DNA of 64,000 nucleotides from Desulfurococcaceae archaeon (GTDB lineage Archaea > Thermoproteota > Thermoprotei_A > Sulfolobales > Desulfurococcaceae), in NCBI GenBank assembly GCA_038816475.1, contig JAWBAI010000004.1, forward strand, positions 45,534 through 109,533, in the 5' to 3' direction. The notes below the pieces were generated by a model, which saw only the letters and a program-made list of their open reading frames with translations, had not been told where the DNA came from and ran no database searches. The stretch's first letter is position 1. Each line of letters begins with the position of its first letter. A program made the translations under genes and the position numbers. Below, piece by piece: positions 35,684-45,762 of the stretch.

Positions 35684-36850
35684 ATGAAGGGAGTAGAATC
35701 TATAGTAGGAGCTTACTTAGCTGTTATAATAGTCATAGGAATAATGTTCGCATTTCACACGTGGATATCCTCTTACACTAAGAGTATCAATGATCAAGTA
35801 AACAACGTTATCAGCGCTGTTCAGGTTGTTTCATACCCTCCGGTTATATCGATAAAGTACGCTAATGAAACTCACTTTGTACTAGCAGTAACACCCTATG
35901 CACCTATTAGAATAAAGGATCTTGTACTAAGATCGCCTGATAACGAGCTTGTGTTTCACCTTGCACTAAATGAGCTTGTACTTTCCACAACGGAGTTTCC
36001 TGTTGAAAGACCAAGTAAGCCTGTTCTTGTATACTTCGTTACGGAGGGCGGCCTCGTGTTCTACTACGTTCCACGCTTGGATCCAGGCTTGCAGAACGCT
36101 CCTGACAATATCAAGAACAAGGTGTACGTTGATAACGAGCTTCTCGACTATGTAGCCAAAGGGTTAATAGATAGCGGTAGCTGGGTTCTCATGGAGGCGC
36201 AAGGCTACAAGCTAGCCTGGGGTTCTACGAGGCTTGATCTGGTAAACAGTACTCTTCTCCGTGGACCAGTGGTATGTAGCCTAGTTGTCCATATACCCTG
36301 TAATGTTAACATGACATCCTTAGAGAACTCTGTGTTAACGAACTGGTTTAATAGTACTAGCAGCATACCCGGGTTCAGGCATAGCGGTGGTTTCTTGGAA
36401 TTTGTTCATTACTCAGGAAATTACACGCAAATTTACAGGATGATTAAGTTTACCGGAGGAGACGAGATTACGTTTATAGTCAATATCACTCTACGTGCAG
36501 TAGGTGCATACACGGGTGTAAGCCACGCGGTGTACTTCATTCCAGTAGTCTATCTCTACGATGCTGGGTTTAACCCTGTATTCCCAGTAACTCTCTACCA
36601 GCTTAGAATATACTACAACACGGAACTACCGGGTGAAGCGATGAGACCATGGCATGCCAGGATTCCATTGACGGATAACATCTTGTTCTGGAACAGCACA
36701 AGCTACTACGTAGGCGTATTCGAAGTAAAGTTGAATCCGCGAGATTACGGACTTAACGAAGGGTACGTACTCGTCGGTGTTGAAGCTGTCGTAGTCATAG
36801 GAATAGAGAGTTTCAACCTCAGAGTATTAATAGACGTAAAAGCTCGATGA
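35684..36850 (+). CDS. Large type IV pilin-like surface protein (minor pilin/adhesin candidate)
   Basis: Class III signal peptide MKG|VESIVGAYLAVIIVIGIM; 388 aa, beta-rich with several N-x-S/T sequons. Confidence 0.75.
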   Translation: MKGVESIVGAYLAVIIVIGIMFAFHTWISSYTKSINDQVNNVISAVQVVSYPPVISIKYANETHFVLAVTPYAPIRIKDLVLRSPDNELVFHLALNELVLSTTEFPVERPSKPVLVYFVTEGGLVFYYVPRLDPGLQNAPDNIKNKVYVDNELLDYVAKGLIDSGSWVLMEAQGYKLAWGSTRLDLVNSTLLRGPVVCSLVVHIPCNVNMTSLENSVLTNWFNSTSSIPGFRHSGGFLEFVHYSGNYTQIYRMIKFTGGDEITFIVNITLRAVGAYTGVSHAVYFIPVVYLYDAGFNPVFPVTLYQLRIYYNTELPGEAMRPWHARIPLTDNILFWNSTSYYVGVFEVKLNPRDYGLNEGYVLVGVEAVVVIGIESFNLRVLIDVKAR

Positions 36851-37015
36851 TGTTTTAATTGTACTACAAAGGGAACCATTCGAGTAGGATAAACTGGGAA
36901 GAATGAAGTCGAAAGCACACAGTTCACTTCGCTTGTGTACAGAGTTCGTGGCTAGTTGTAAATGATAAAATAATGCTGATCCATCCGTAGAACTACAGGA
37001 TGAGATGATATGACT

Positions 37016-38020
37016 CTACCCCGTGATCATTGCCAGAACAGCTGCCAACGTGGCTGGGAGTAAGCTGTACTTGAATAACTGAATAAGTGCTTGCTCTATT
37101 CTGTAACGCCCCATGATGTTCTTTATCAACACTACTAGCATTAATAAAGCTACGTACTTGATAACCAGTAGTATAGCACCATGTGGAGACATGTGCGCAA
37201 ACGGTAAAGGACCGCCGAGCAGAACGTAAACTCCGATGATAAGGGATATTGTCAAATCCACGTCATGCAGTAATCTTGCTAGTGCTAGTAGTGGACCTGA
37301 GAACTCTGTTTCAAAGCCAGCTATTATCTCTTGTTCCGCCTCGGGGATGTTGAACGGTGGGTACATAGCTTTAGCTTGAACACTTACAATAAACGAGATC
37401 AAGCATAAAACCATTACAACAGCTGTTCTGGGATCAGCCCACAGCTCGTAGACCCTTGTATAGGCTTCACCAATACTCATGAAGCCACCTGGATCTACTC
37501 CGTAGCGAGTTGCCAGGTAAACTGGTATAACAATACTTGCGAAGTAAGCTGGTTCAGCTATGGTTGCTATTGACAGAAGTCTCGATACTCCAATAGTGGT
37601 GTAAGGTCCTGGCATAGATAGAGATGCGAGTATGAGCGCGAGTAATGGTATAACACTCGTCATGTAGAAGAATAATAGAACATCAAAGCTCGAACTTATG
37701 CTGAAGGGACTTAGAGGTAAGAAAATGACAGCTCCGAGGGCGAACGATAATCCTACGATCAACGAGATCTCGGCTGCTTTTACAAGCGAGAACCGCGTTT
37801 TAACCAGCTCCTTGTACCTTAAAAGCTTCCAGAAGTCGAAGAATGGCTGAAGAACGCCAAATGGACCTACGTAGCTAGGCCCCATTCTTCTCTGGTACTT
37901 TGCACTTAGTTTTCTAACGAGGTATTGTGTGAAAAAGGCTAGTGAAACCAGGAATATTAAACCTGGGAATACGAGAACGCTGAGCAAAGCGTAAAGAACA
38001 ATCTGGTACACTTTGATCAC
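37016..38020 (-). CDS. mbhM: Membrane-bound hydrogenase subunit MbhM (NuoH-like)
   Basis: YQRRMGP..G.LQPFFDF.KL, PFNIPEAEQEIIAGFETEFSG; start GTG 38020 overlapping the upstream stop. Confidence 0.9.
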   Translation of the reverse strand: MIKVYQIVLYALLSVLVFPGLIFLVSLAFFTQYLVRKLSAKYQRRMGPSYVGPFGVLQPFFDFWKLLRYKELVKTRFSLVKAAEISLIVGLSFALGAVIFLPLSPFSISSSFDVLLFFYMTSVIPLLALILASLSMPGPYTTIGVSRLLSIATIAEPAYFASIVIPVYLATRYGVDPGGFMSIGEAYTRVYELWADPRTAVVMVLCLISFIVSVQAKAMYPPFNIPEAEQEIIAGFETEFSGPLLALARLLHDVDLTISLIIGVYVLLGGPLPFAHMSPHGAILLVIKYVALLMLVVLIKNIMGRYRIEQALIQLFKYSLLPATLAAVLAMITG

Positions 38021-38361
38021 CCCACAAGCATGTACACAGTGTAGATTAGTATTAAGAGGACCAGGAGGAGTCCAAGCCAAGAAGATATAAACCTGAACCA
38101 GTCGTGCAGACTACCTGTGTGAACGCTCTCTACAAGAACCTTGTATAGTGATCTCGCAAACCTTTTCATGAACCCCCAGTACAATGCACCAACGCTAGGC
38201 ACAGGCATTGAGACCACTTCCTCGGGTTCACCGGACAAGTACATAGTGGTTTCGCGGACTCTTTTAGACTTCAGCAAGTAGTAAAGTACGTACATGAAGA
38301 TAGCTAGAAAAGCTACCAGGGAGGTTGAGATGAACACTGCTGTGAACGGGTCCACCCTCAT
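38017..38361 (-). CDS. Membrane-bound hydrogenase subunit MbhI-like
   Basis: TM, YLSGE, YWGF, HTGSLHDW. Confidence 0.75.
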   Translation of the reverse strand: MRVDPFTAVFISTSLVAFLAIFMYVLYYLLKSKRVRETTMYLSGEPEEVVSMPVPSVGALYWGFMKRFARSLYKVLVESVHTGSLHDWFRFISSWLGLLLVLLILIYTVYMLVG

Positions 38362-39962
38362 GGTAACCATCCTTCGAAGTTCTTGGGTATTTTCTCATGT
38401 ACAGCGGACACGTAAGTATTTACATTTTCCACTAGGCTAATTGAAGCCTCCTCGAATACCGGCGCTAACCACGAGAACACTACTCCCATGACTACAAGCG
38501 ATATTGCCATCCCCAGTAGTACAAGTTCCACCCAGATGCATTTCTCGACTCTTTCCCTGTGTTCACCAACGCCGAATACTACTGACGATACAACCTTCAT
38601 GTACCCAGGTACGGATAGTGCCGATATCGCGATGATTAGTACTGGTCCTAGAACAAAGCCTGCATTAAGGTACCCTAGTGATATTAATAGCTTGGAGTAG
38701 AATCCCGCTAAAGGTAACAATCCAGCAAGGCTCATGAAACCAACGATCATGGATATTGATGTAATCGGATAGAAGCGTCCAACACCACGCATTGCGTCAA
38801 GGTCTCTGGAGCCCGAAGCATCTATAAATATGCCACTAGCCATGAAGAGCAGAGCTTTTGCTATACCGTGGGAAACTATGTGAACTAGTGCACCCATAAC
38901 AGCAACTTTGGCTGCTTCAGAGAAGTCCGCGAGAAAACCGATAGCTATGCCCATAAACGCCACCCCCATATGACTAATCGTGCTGTAAGCTAGAAGCCTC
39001 TTTATATCTCTCTGTAGCATCATCATTAGAGCACCTAGTAACCCGCTTGAAGCACCAAGTACGAAGAGCGCTAGTAGAACAGCTTCTCGATAACCAGCTG
39101 CGATGCTATTTGCTGAGAAGAGCGTGTAGAGGAACCTTGCAGTAGCGTACACACCAACATTCACAACAAGACCTGAAAGTGCTGCAGATACAGGTGTAGG
39201 AGCTTCAGGGTGCGCGTCCGGTAACCAGAAGTGGTTTGGAAACACTGCTGCCTTGTACGTGAAAACCCAGAGAGAAAGAGCTATCGCCATTAAACTAATG
39301 TACCTCAACTCCGCTAGAACTCTTGTTCTCGACAAGCTGGAAAGTAGTGCCATGTTGACTGTTCCAAAGCCAGCATAGAGTAAGACTACGGCCATGAAGT
39401 ACATCGTCGTAGCAACAGCACCTATGAGAGCATACTTAGCAGCGGCTTCAACAGCCTCAGCTTTATCCCTATGATACGCAACTAGTCCGTATGCTGATAA
39501 GCCGAGTACTTCGATCATCACGAACAGGTTGAAAGCGTCTCCCGTGTAGAGGCAACCGAGTATACCTACTTCGAGACCTATTAACAGCGTGTAATACCAG
39601 GACGTATCATCGAGGTGTCTACTGTACCAGTGCGAGTACAGAACTATAGGTATCATAACCCATGCTGTGAGAGCTCCTATAACAGCGTTGAAGGAGTCCA
39701 CCTCGTAGACTATGCCGAAGTGTGGCGGCCATCCACCGTACATGTAAACGAGAGGTTTCTTGCTCGTTAAAACATAGTATAGAACTACCGAGGAAGCAAA
39801 TGCAGCATAAGAACTACCCATCAGAGCAGCGATGAACGGGACTACTCTGTTGTTCTTCGCAAGCTTCGATAACAGGGGAACCATGAAAGCTGTTAATGCT
39901 AGCAAAGGAGTTAATGACCCCAGCGCGTTCAAAGCCAGTCTTTCGATCTCCATGAACATCAC
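38358..39962 (-). CDS. mbhH: Mrp/Mnh D-type antiporter subunit (MbhH)
   Basis: GDAFNLFVMIE, KAAVFPNHFWLPDAHPEAPTPVSA, KRLLAYSTISH, KALLF. Confidence 0.92.
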   Translation of the reverse strand: MMFMEIERLALNALGSLTPLLALTAFMVPLLSKLAKNNRVVPFIAALMGSSYAAFASSVVLYYVLTSKKPLVYMYGGWPPHFGIVYEVDSFNAVIGALTAWVMIPIVLYSHWYSRHLDDTSWYYTLLIGLEVGILGCLYTGDAFNLFVMIEVLGLSAYGLVAYHRDKAEAVEAAAKYALIGAVATTMYFMAVVLLYAGFGTVNMALLSSLSRTRVLAELRYISLMAIALSLWVFTYKAAVFPNHFWLPDAHPEAPTPVSAALSGLVVNVGVYATARFLYTLFSANSIAAGYREAVLLALFVLGASSGLLGALMMMLQRDIKRLLAYSTISHMGVAFMGIAIGFLADFSEAAKVAVMGALVHIVSHGIAKALLFMASGIFIDASGSRDLDAMRGVGRFYPITSISMIVGFMSLAGLLPLAGFYSKLLISLGYLNAGFVLGPVLIIAISALSVPGYMKVVSSVVFGVGEHRERVEKCIWVELVLLGMAISLVVMGVVFSWLAPVFEEASISLVENVNTYVSAVHEKIPKNFEGWLP

Positions 39963-39965
39963 CCC

Positions 39966-40478
39966 CTAATCAAAGATCCTCTTAGCGTACTTTTCGAAGT
40001 CTTCAAAAACACGTTTTTTCACATCAAGGGGATCCAGGGTTTTAGCGTCAATCCAATGGATGTAGAAAACTCTACGCTTTTCATCTACGTCAACTACGAC
40101 TGTACCAGGTGTATTCGTTATGCTGTTAGCTATGGTAGTTAAAGCATAGTCTGTTTCTACATCGAAAGGAGCCATTACTACTGCGGGGTTAACAGGGGTT
40201 TTGGGGTGGAGTATTCTGCTTATAACGTCCAAGTGTGCAAGAGTCTCGTAGTACACGAAGTACTTGATCGCGTAGAGAACTAGGTACCCCCATCTAGCTG
40301 GGTTAACGAGTTTAACTGGGTTTTTAACCGTTATCCCGGAGAATAGCGCACCCACGATCAAGGCGACTATTGCACCCGTAGCTAGATCGTAGGGCGAAAT
40401 ACTACCGGTGTACACGATGTAGATAGCAAATGATAACAAAGCAACAGCGAGAACACTACCGACTCTTCTCATCATCAA
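39966..40478 (-). CDS. mnhE: Mrp/Mnh E subunit (MbhA)
   Basis: IANSITNTPGTVVVDV, YIHWID. Confidence 0.9.
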   Translation of the reverse strand: MMMRRVGSVLAVALLSFAIYIVYTGSISPYDLATGAIVALIVGALFSGITVKNPVKLVNPARWGYLVLYAIKYFVYYETLAHLDVISRILHPKTPVNPAVVMAPFDVETDYALTTIANSITNTPGTVVVDVDEKRRVFYIHWIDAKTLDPLDVKKRVFEDFEKYAKRIFD

Positions 40479-40873
40479 CCCCTTAACCTCTTGATTTCTC
40501 TCATATCCAAAGTACCGTAGTGTACGTAGAGAACGTAACCGAGGAATACGAGAAAGAGCGTTACAGCTAGACCTATGACTATAGCGGTAAGGACTAGTGC
40601 TTGCGGCAGTGGGTCAACACCTCTCATCGTGAGCTTTTCCAGAGCCTCCTTCTCATATTCTAGTAGTACAGGTGGTACTGAAGGGCCTAACTCAGTCCAA
40701 CGTCGATATCCAAGGTAAATAGCAAACGTGTTCGCGGTATCTGAAAGTATTGTTAATGCTATTATTTTCTTTGTATAGTGAGGCTTAAAGAATAGACCGT
40801 AAAGCGCGATAGCAGTGTTCACGAACAACGATGCTGCAACGACCGATAGTAGGTACGTGTTGATAAGTTCCAC
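40475..40873 (-). CDS. mnhC: Mrp/Mnh C subunit (MbhG)
   Basis: DPLPQALVLTAIVIG. Confidence 0.92.
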   Translation of the reverse strand: MELINTYLLSVVAASLFVNTAIALYGLFFKPHYTKKIIALTILSDTANTFAIYLGYRRWTELGPSVPPVLLEYEKEALEKLTMRGVDPLPQALVLTAIVIGLAVTLFLVFLGYVLYVHYGTLDMREIKRLRG

Positions 40874-40875
40874 GG

Positions 40876-41658
40876 TTACCCACCTCTTGCACTATACCTG
40901 GATAGAGTAATTGTTATAAATGCCATCGAGAAACCAGCAGCTACGGCTATCATTTCAAACAAATTAAAGAACCAAACCGTGCCACTAAGTTCACGCGGCA
41001 TACTAAGTGGTGCATCCGGTTTAGCAATGTTCTGGAATACGTACGCATGCTGACCCACTACTAAACTTGCCATGAATAATGCTACAGCGGTTAGTCCTAT
41101 GCCGGTGAGTCCTAGTGTTCTGAGAGTTAACACTTTACCCGTTGTAATACCTCGTTCAACGAGAAAAGTGATCGAGAATATTACTATGAATAGCATCGGC
41201 ACAACGGCGATCACCGAGCCTCCCTGAAAACCGCCACCTGGCGTCAGATGGCCGTGAAGCCCTATGGATGCACCAACGGCTAAGATCATTGGTACGGTTA
41301 TTTTTGTCACCGTTTTAACAATAACGGAGAGCCCAACGCCTTTCACACTCATTCTTTCACTAAAAGTACCTCTGCAGAGGGCTGTACCTGCTATTAATGC
41401 TAGGTAAAATACCATTGTTTCAAATAGAGTATCAAGACCTCTGAAATCCCACACTATTGCTGAGACGACAGCAGGAGTCATAGCGGTGTAGTTGCCTAGG
41501 TGGAACGGATTATAAGCAGCGTAAAGGTAGAACTCTGCGAGCTTTCTAATTTGTGCTTGTGGTATAATATAGTCAAACGCTAGTGCTAGTAGTAATGCTA
41601 GCGAGAGGACTACTACAATAGGTACGAATAACTCTACTACCTTCAATTCTTCTCCCAC
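40876..41658 (-). CDS. mnhB: Mrp/Mnh B subunit (fused MbhE+F)
   Basis: VSAIVWDFRGLDTLFE and GHLTPGGGFQGG. Confidence 0.9.
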   Translation of the reverse strand: MGEELKVVELFVPIVVVLSLALLLALAFDYIIPQAQIRKLAEFYLYAAYNPFHLGNYTAMTPAVVSAIVWDFRGLDTLFETMVFYLALIAGTALCRGTFSERMSVKGVGLSVIVKTVTKITVPMILAVGASIGLHGHLTPGGGFQGGSVIAVVPMLFIVIFSITFLVERGITTGKVLTLRTLGLTGIGLTAVALFMASLVVGQHAYVFQNIAKPDAPLSMPRELSGTVWFFNLFEMIAVAAGFSMAFITITLSRYSARGG

Positions 41659-41921
41659 CTCTCAGTTTTGCTCACAAGTACTAGTAGAACAGCGGGAACA
41701 AGCCCTACAGCAACGGGTATATACACTAATGCTATATCCGGTGCCAACAGAAAGTAGTAGAGTATAGCGTAGAAACCACTCTGAAGAGCACTATACACTA
41801 TGGCTTTAACTAGGTCCTTTTCCTTGATAGCCATGTAAACAGCGATCACAGAGAGCAAGCTTAGAAGAGCCATCGCGAGATACGTGAAGGTTTCACCCGG
41901 TAGCACTGATCTCACCCGCAT
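41643..41921 (-). CDS. MbhD / DUF4040 subunit
   Basis: KDLVKA, LLAPDIAL. Confidence 0.85.
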   Translation of the reverse strand: MRVRSVLPGETFTYLAMALLSLLSVIAVYMAIKEKDLVKAIVYSALQSGFYAILYYFLLAPDIALVYIPVAVGLVPAVLLVLVSKTERWEKN

Positions 41922-42286
41922 AACTCCGGGTTAAGTAAGTCCGCTCTGCATGGTTGAACCCGTGCAACCCTTGCTCTGTGAACAGCTCTAGCTAGAGCGT
42001 GAGAACCAGCGGGTGCAAGGATGAATATAACTATAGCTATTGTAAAGCTAGCACCAGCAACAAACCACCTATGAGCTCCAAGCTCTTCTAGTGTAACAGA
42101 AATCAGGCTAGCACCTATCAGCGGGTAGACCGAGCCCCATATAGTACCAACAGTTGCAGCATGTAGTCTTAAGTAGAAGTTTTTAAACCTGTGAAAGCCT
42201 ATCGCTGATACTAAGCTTGCAAATGCCCCAAGGACGAGCAAAGCAGAACCGAGAATCCTTAACACCAGTATAAGGACTTCAACCAC
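41912..42286 (-). CDS. mnhG: Mrp/Mnh G subunit (MbhC)
   Basis: RFKNFYLRLHAAT, AP.GSHALARA. Confidence 0.9.
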   Translation of the reverse strand: MVEVLILVLRILGSALLVLGAFASLVSAIGFHRFKNFYLRLHAATVGTIWGSVYPLIGASLISVTLEELGAHRWFVAGASFTIAIVIFILAPAGSHALARAVHRARVARVQPCRADLLNPELCG

Positions 42287-42548
42287 CTAGATCGCCTCTT
42301 TCAAGATACTTTGCAATGTATACGTCTAGAGCATAAACCCACAGGGCAAGCGGTAATGCTACCACGGTTAAAATAGGCTCTTTCAGGTAAATTGAGACTA
42401 AAACGAACAGAACAACCGTAATATACGCTATGACGTCGATCGCGAGCACCTGGTCGCCGATAGTTGGACCCTTGATAGCTCTTGCAGATAGAAGTGTGAT
42501 CGAGATAACGTATACGACTAGAATAGCCATGATAAGCTCGTATATCAT
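42279..42548 (-). CDS. mnhF: Mrp/Mnh F subunit (MbhB)
   Basis: GPTIGDQVLAID, AKYLE. Confidence 0.9.
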   Translation of the reverse strand: MIYELIMAILVVYVISITLLSARAIKGPTIGDQVLAIDVIAYITVVLFVLVSIYLKEPILTVVALPLALWVYALDVYIAKYLERGDLGG

Positions 42549-42946
42549 TAGTCCTTCACTCTCTTAAGAGTGCTTAGTGAAAGATCTGTCGAGTATGGAA
42601 TGCTCGTACCAGCTATTTCAAAGGTATTAGTTGTTATGTAAGCGTTGAACGGGCACACTTTAACGCACCTGTAGCAGAATACGCATTTACCATAGTCTAT
42701 TAATGGGTAGATCCTGCGAGCATTTATCCTTGGAACTTCGTAGTCCTGTGGTATGGGAGTCATTTTGATAGCATCAGCCGGACACTCTATTGCGCAGAGA
42801 GAGCAGCCAGTACACTTGGTTAAATCAGCGTACTGAACTCCGCGGGAATCCAGCTCCACCGGTGTTTTCTCACGTGGATACTGAATAGTGGCTGGTTTAC
42901 TGAGGAGGTTTCTCAAGCTTAATTCAAGTAGCTTAGGCCTTCTCAC
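42548..42946 (-). CDS. mbhN: Hydrogenase 2x[4Fe-4S] subunit (MbhN/NuoI-like)
   Basis: TIQYP, CTGCSLCAIECP, CVFCYRCVKVCP. Confidence 0.92.
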   Translation of the reverse strand: MRRPKLLELSLRNLLSKPATIQYPREKTPVELDSRGVQYADLTKCTGCSLCAIECPADAIKMTPIPQDYEVPRINARRIYPLIDYGKCVFCYRCVKVCPFNAYITTNTFEIAGTSIPYSTDLSLSTLKRVKD

Positions 42947-44157
42947 AGCTTACCACCAGCGAGTTCTCTGAGTGATAACTTGTACTTGGTACCCTTTTCC
43001 AGATCTAGAACTACTACTCTCTCCATGCACGATATGCAGGGATCTAGCGATGTCAGTATTACAGGTACATCTGCGAGGCTGTAACCCGGGTAAAGTATAC
43101 CAGCCGAGTTTATGATGTTGTTGAAGCTCGGCGTTCTAATCTTAACTCTATAAGGCGTTGGGCTTTTGCCATCGCTCATTACGTAGTAAGTGAGCTCTCC
43201 TCTCTGAGCTTCAACTCTGGCGTAGGCTTCCCCTTGAGGTATTACTCGTGGAAGCCTTTTCTCGTCGGGAACAGGGTTTCCGTCTGACGGGAGCTTCTCG
43301 AGAGCGTAGAGACACATTTCTATTGCTTCGAGAGTTTCATCCCATCTAACCATCATGCGTGCCCACGAATCACCCTCTGTTCTAGTTACAAGGTTGAAGG
43401 GTATTTCATCGTACGCGTCGTACTTGTCACTTGCCCTGGAGTCTATTTTAACACCTGAAGCTCTTGCTACTGGTCCGACAAGACTGTGTCTTGTTGCATC
43501 CGTGTACTTCAGTAGCCCGGTGTTGGTTAGCCTCTTGTAGATGGTTTCGTCTTCTTCGAACACCTTCTTGTAGTACTCTACTCTGGGTTTAAGCTTGAGC
43601 AGCAGATCTCTCAGCTTATCCCTCTTAACAGAGTCAATGTCTCTTCTAACACCACCAACAATCATGAAGTCCGCCATTACTCTGTTACCAGTTAGTATTT
43701 CCTTTGCTTTCATTACACGTTCTCTGTCCAGCATTATCTGCATGAACAGGTTTTCGAATCCCACGATCTCTGCCATGACGGCGTTTACCAGCATATGGCT
43801 GTGTATTCTTTCAAGCTCCATTGAGAGAACGCGCAGGTACTTTGCTCTCCGGGGTGGATCAATGTTCAGCAGGTACTCTAGTGCTCTCACATAGCAGTTC
43901 GTGTGAACAGCGTTGCATATACCGCAGACTCTTCCAACTATGAAGATATCACGGTAGAAGGAGTTTTTCTCGCAGAGCTTCTCGATGCCTCTGTGGTTGT
44001 ACCCGGTGTTTACTTCCGCTTTAACGACTTCTTCACCATCAGCGTAGATCTTCAGTAGAACAGGCTCGTGAAGTGCTGGGTGCTGTGGACCAATTGGTAT
44101 TTCGGCTGATACTAGTGGAACCTCAACTATCTTCGTTATAGCCATGCTAAACACCAC
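42943..44157 (-). CDS. mbhL: Group 4 [NiFe] hydrogenase large subunit (MbhL)
   Basis: GPQHP, GYNHRGIEK, L1 RVCGICNAVH, L2 DPCISCMER with C-terminal extension. Confidence 0.93.
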   Translation of the reverse strand: MVFSMAITKIVEVPLVSAEIPIGPQHPALHEPVLLKIYADGEEVVKAEVNTGYNHRGIEKLCEKNSFYRDIFIVGRVCGICNAVHTNCYVRALEYLLNIDPPRRAKYLRVLSMELERIHSHMLVNAVMAEIVGFENLFMQIMLDRERVMKAKEILTGNRVMADFMIVGGVRRDIDSVKRDKLRDLLLKLKPRVEYYKKVFEEDETIYKRLTNTGLLKYTDATRHSLVGPVARASGVKIDSRASDKYDAYDEIPFNLVTRTEGDSWARMMVRWDETLEAIEMCLYALEKLPSDGNPVPDEKRLPRVIPQGEAYARVEAQRGELTYYVMSDGKSPTPYRVKIRTPSFNNIINSAGILYPGYSLADVPVILTSLDPCISCMERVVVLDLEKGTKYKLSLRELAGGKL

Positions 44158-44596
44158 TGTCCTTTCTCAGCGGGTATTTACCCTGCTCAGCTACATCGGT
44201 TGCTACGAAGAAGCCTCGTTTGAGAAGCGGATTACCATTGAATACTACACCGAGTAGGTCGTGCGTCTCACGTTCACCAGCTAGTAAACCCGGTATGATG
44301 TCGATCAAGCTGTCGATCACGGGGTTCTCCCTGCCAAGAAAAGTTCTGATAACAACGGTTACCTCCTCTGGTAGAAGAACAACGTAGTAGTCAAGCCTGA
44401 TCCTGTTTTCACTGGGAAGATCCGTGCCTACGAGGGTTGATACGTAGAATCCTCCATAGCCGTACCTATTAATAAGCTCTAAGAACAGTTTTTTCACATC
44501 CTCGGGTTTAACAACGAAGAGTCTTCTGCTAGGCTTAACAGTACCTTTTTCAATGGCAAAGCTCTCTATGAGCGAGATCTTCTCACTTGCATCCAC
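44147..44596 (-). CDS. mbhK: Hydrogenase subunit MbhK (NuoC-like)
   Basis: ERETHDLLGVVFNGNP, YPLRKD. Confidence 0.9.
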   Translation of the reverse strand: MDASEKISLIESFAIEKGTVKPSRRLFVVKPEDVKKLFLELINRYGYGGFYVSTLVGTDLPSENRIRLDYYVVLLPEEVTVVIRTFLGRENPVIDSLIDIIPGLLAGERETHDLLGVVFNGNPLLKRGFFVATDVAEQGKYPLRKDSGV

Positions 44597-45056
44597 TGTA
44601 CTTCACCTCTCCCTTCTCTATAAGCTTAAGAAGTTTCACAATTCCATCGAGAATAGCTTCGGGTCTAGGTGGACACCCTGGTACATAGGCTGCTACGGGT
44701 ACAACCTTGTCAGCACCGCCAAGAACGTTATAAGACTTGGAGAAAACTCCACCACTTATAGCACACGCTCCCACGGCTACAACGAACCTTGGGCATGGCA
44801 TTTGATCATAGAGTCTCTTGAGCCTCTCAGCCGCTTTCTTGGTCACAGCTCCCGTAACGACTAGTATATCACCGTGCCTGATGCTGGGAGCAAGTTTAAC
44901 TCCAAAGCGCTCGGGATCGTAGAGTGGGGTAATGGAGGCAAGCACCTCTATGTCACAACCGTTGCAGGCACCCGTGTTAAAGTGGACCAGCCAGGGACTA
45001 TACCTGATAATCCTGTAGTCAGCTCTAACCTCAGCACGGGAAGCTTCCATAAGCAT
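44583..45056 (-). CDS. mbhJ: Hydrogenase small subunit (MbhJ/NuoB-like)
   Basis: GACNGCDIE, VGACAISGG, VPGCPPRPE. Confidence 0.93.
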   Translation of the reverse strand: MLMEASRAEVRADYRIIRYSPWLVHFNTGACNGCDIEVLASITPLYDPERFGVKLAPSIRHGDILVVTGAVTKKAAERLKRLYDQMPCPRFVVAVGACAISGGVFSKSYNVLGGADKVVPVAAYVPGCPPRPEAILDGIVKLLKLIEKGEVKYSGCK

Positions 45057-45180
45057 TCACGCAGCCATTGAAGGTTATTGGGGTTTAGGCTTAAAAACCG
45101 AACTGTGTAGAACCACTTGAGTGGTCTCCGAGGATATACAGCAACACTATCACGAACTTTGTTAGAAGATGTGGATTCCT

Positions 45181-45756
45181 TTAAAACCTCCTTGGAATCT
45201 TCCTAGTTGCATAGTTGATTTTTATGTAGTTGAACTTTCTGTACAATGCTGTAATAAGCATTGAAACTGTAAAAGCAGTTAGCGAGGTTATGATCGGTGC
45301 AAGTCTTATACCCCACGGTGTGTAGTTTAGTACTAATCCCACGAGAGGTACAGTAGCTAGCGATAATCCAATGGATAGAGCTGTTCTCTCCAATGGTGAT
45401 AGGTCCTCTTCGCGAGGATACAAGGCTTCAACAAGAGAGTACCCGGGTAAGAAGAGAACGTAGATCGTTCCAAGCACGTACCTAGCTGGGATCAGAGCTG
45501 GGACCTTCTCGGTTAAAAACACTACTAGTAGAGTTAGTGACGTCAGTGCGAGGGCTGTCCAAAACCAGAGTGTATATTCTAGTCTAAACGCGTAGGATAC
45601 CAGCGTTAGGGGTGGATCCGGGTCCTCGATCCTCAGCTTCTTATCTTTAACGCTTTTCCACACTTCATAAAGCACCTTGTACTTGTTAACCTTTCCACCG
45701 GCTCTTCTTCTGACGTAATCCTCCAGGGTTACAGGTTCTCTGTTCAAGTCGATCAC
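45181..45756 (-). CDS. DUF1616-like membrane protein (TM part)
   Basis: LFLPGYSLVEALYP..LSPLERTALSIGLSLA..GLVLNYTPWGI. Confidence 0.8.
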   Translation of the reverse strand: MIDLNREPVTLEDYVRRRAGGKVNKYKVLYEVWKSVKDKKLRIEDPDPPLTLVSYAFRLEYTLWFWTALALTSLTLLVVFLTEKVPALIPARYVLGTIYVLFLPGYSLVEALYPREEDLSPLERTALSIGLSLATVPLVGLVLNYTPWGIRLAPIITSLTAFTVSMLITALYRKFNYIKINYATRKIPRRF

Positions 45757-45762
45757 AGCTTG

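Noticed and set aside
36851-37015. Possible sRNA in the gap between the pilin-like gene and mbhM
   Set aside because: Scattered TGA motifs but no properly spaced C/D boxes or stable hairpin
42943-44157. Mbs/Mbx or complex I-like subunit without Ni
   Set aside because: All four Ni-ligating Cys are present (CGIC, CISC)
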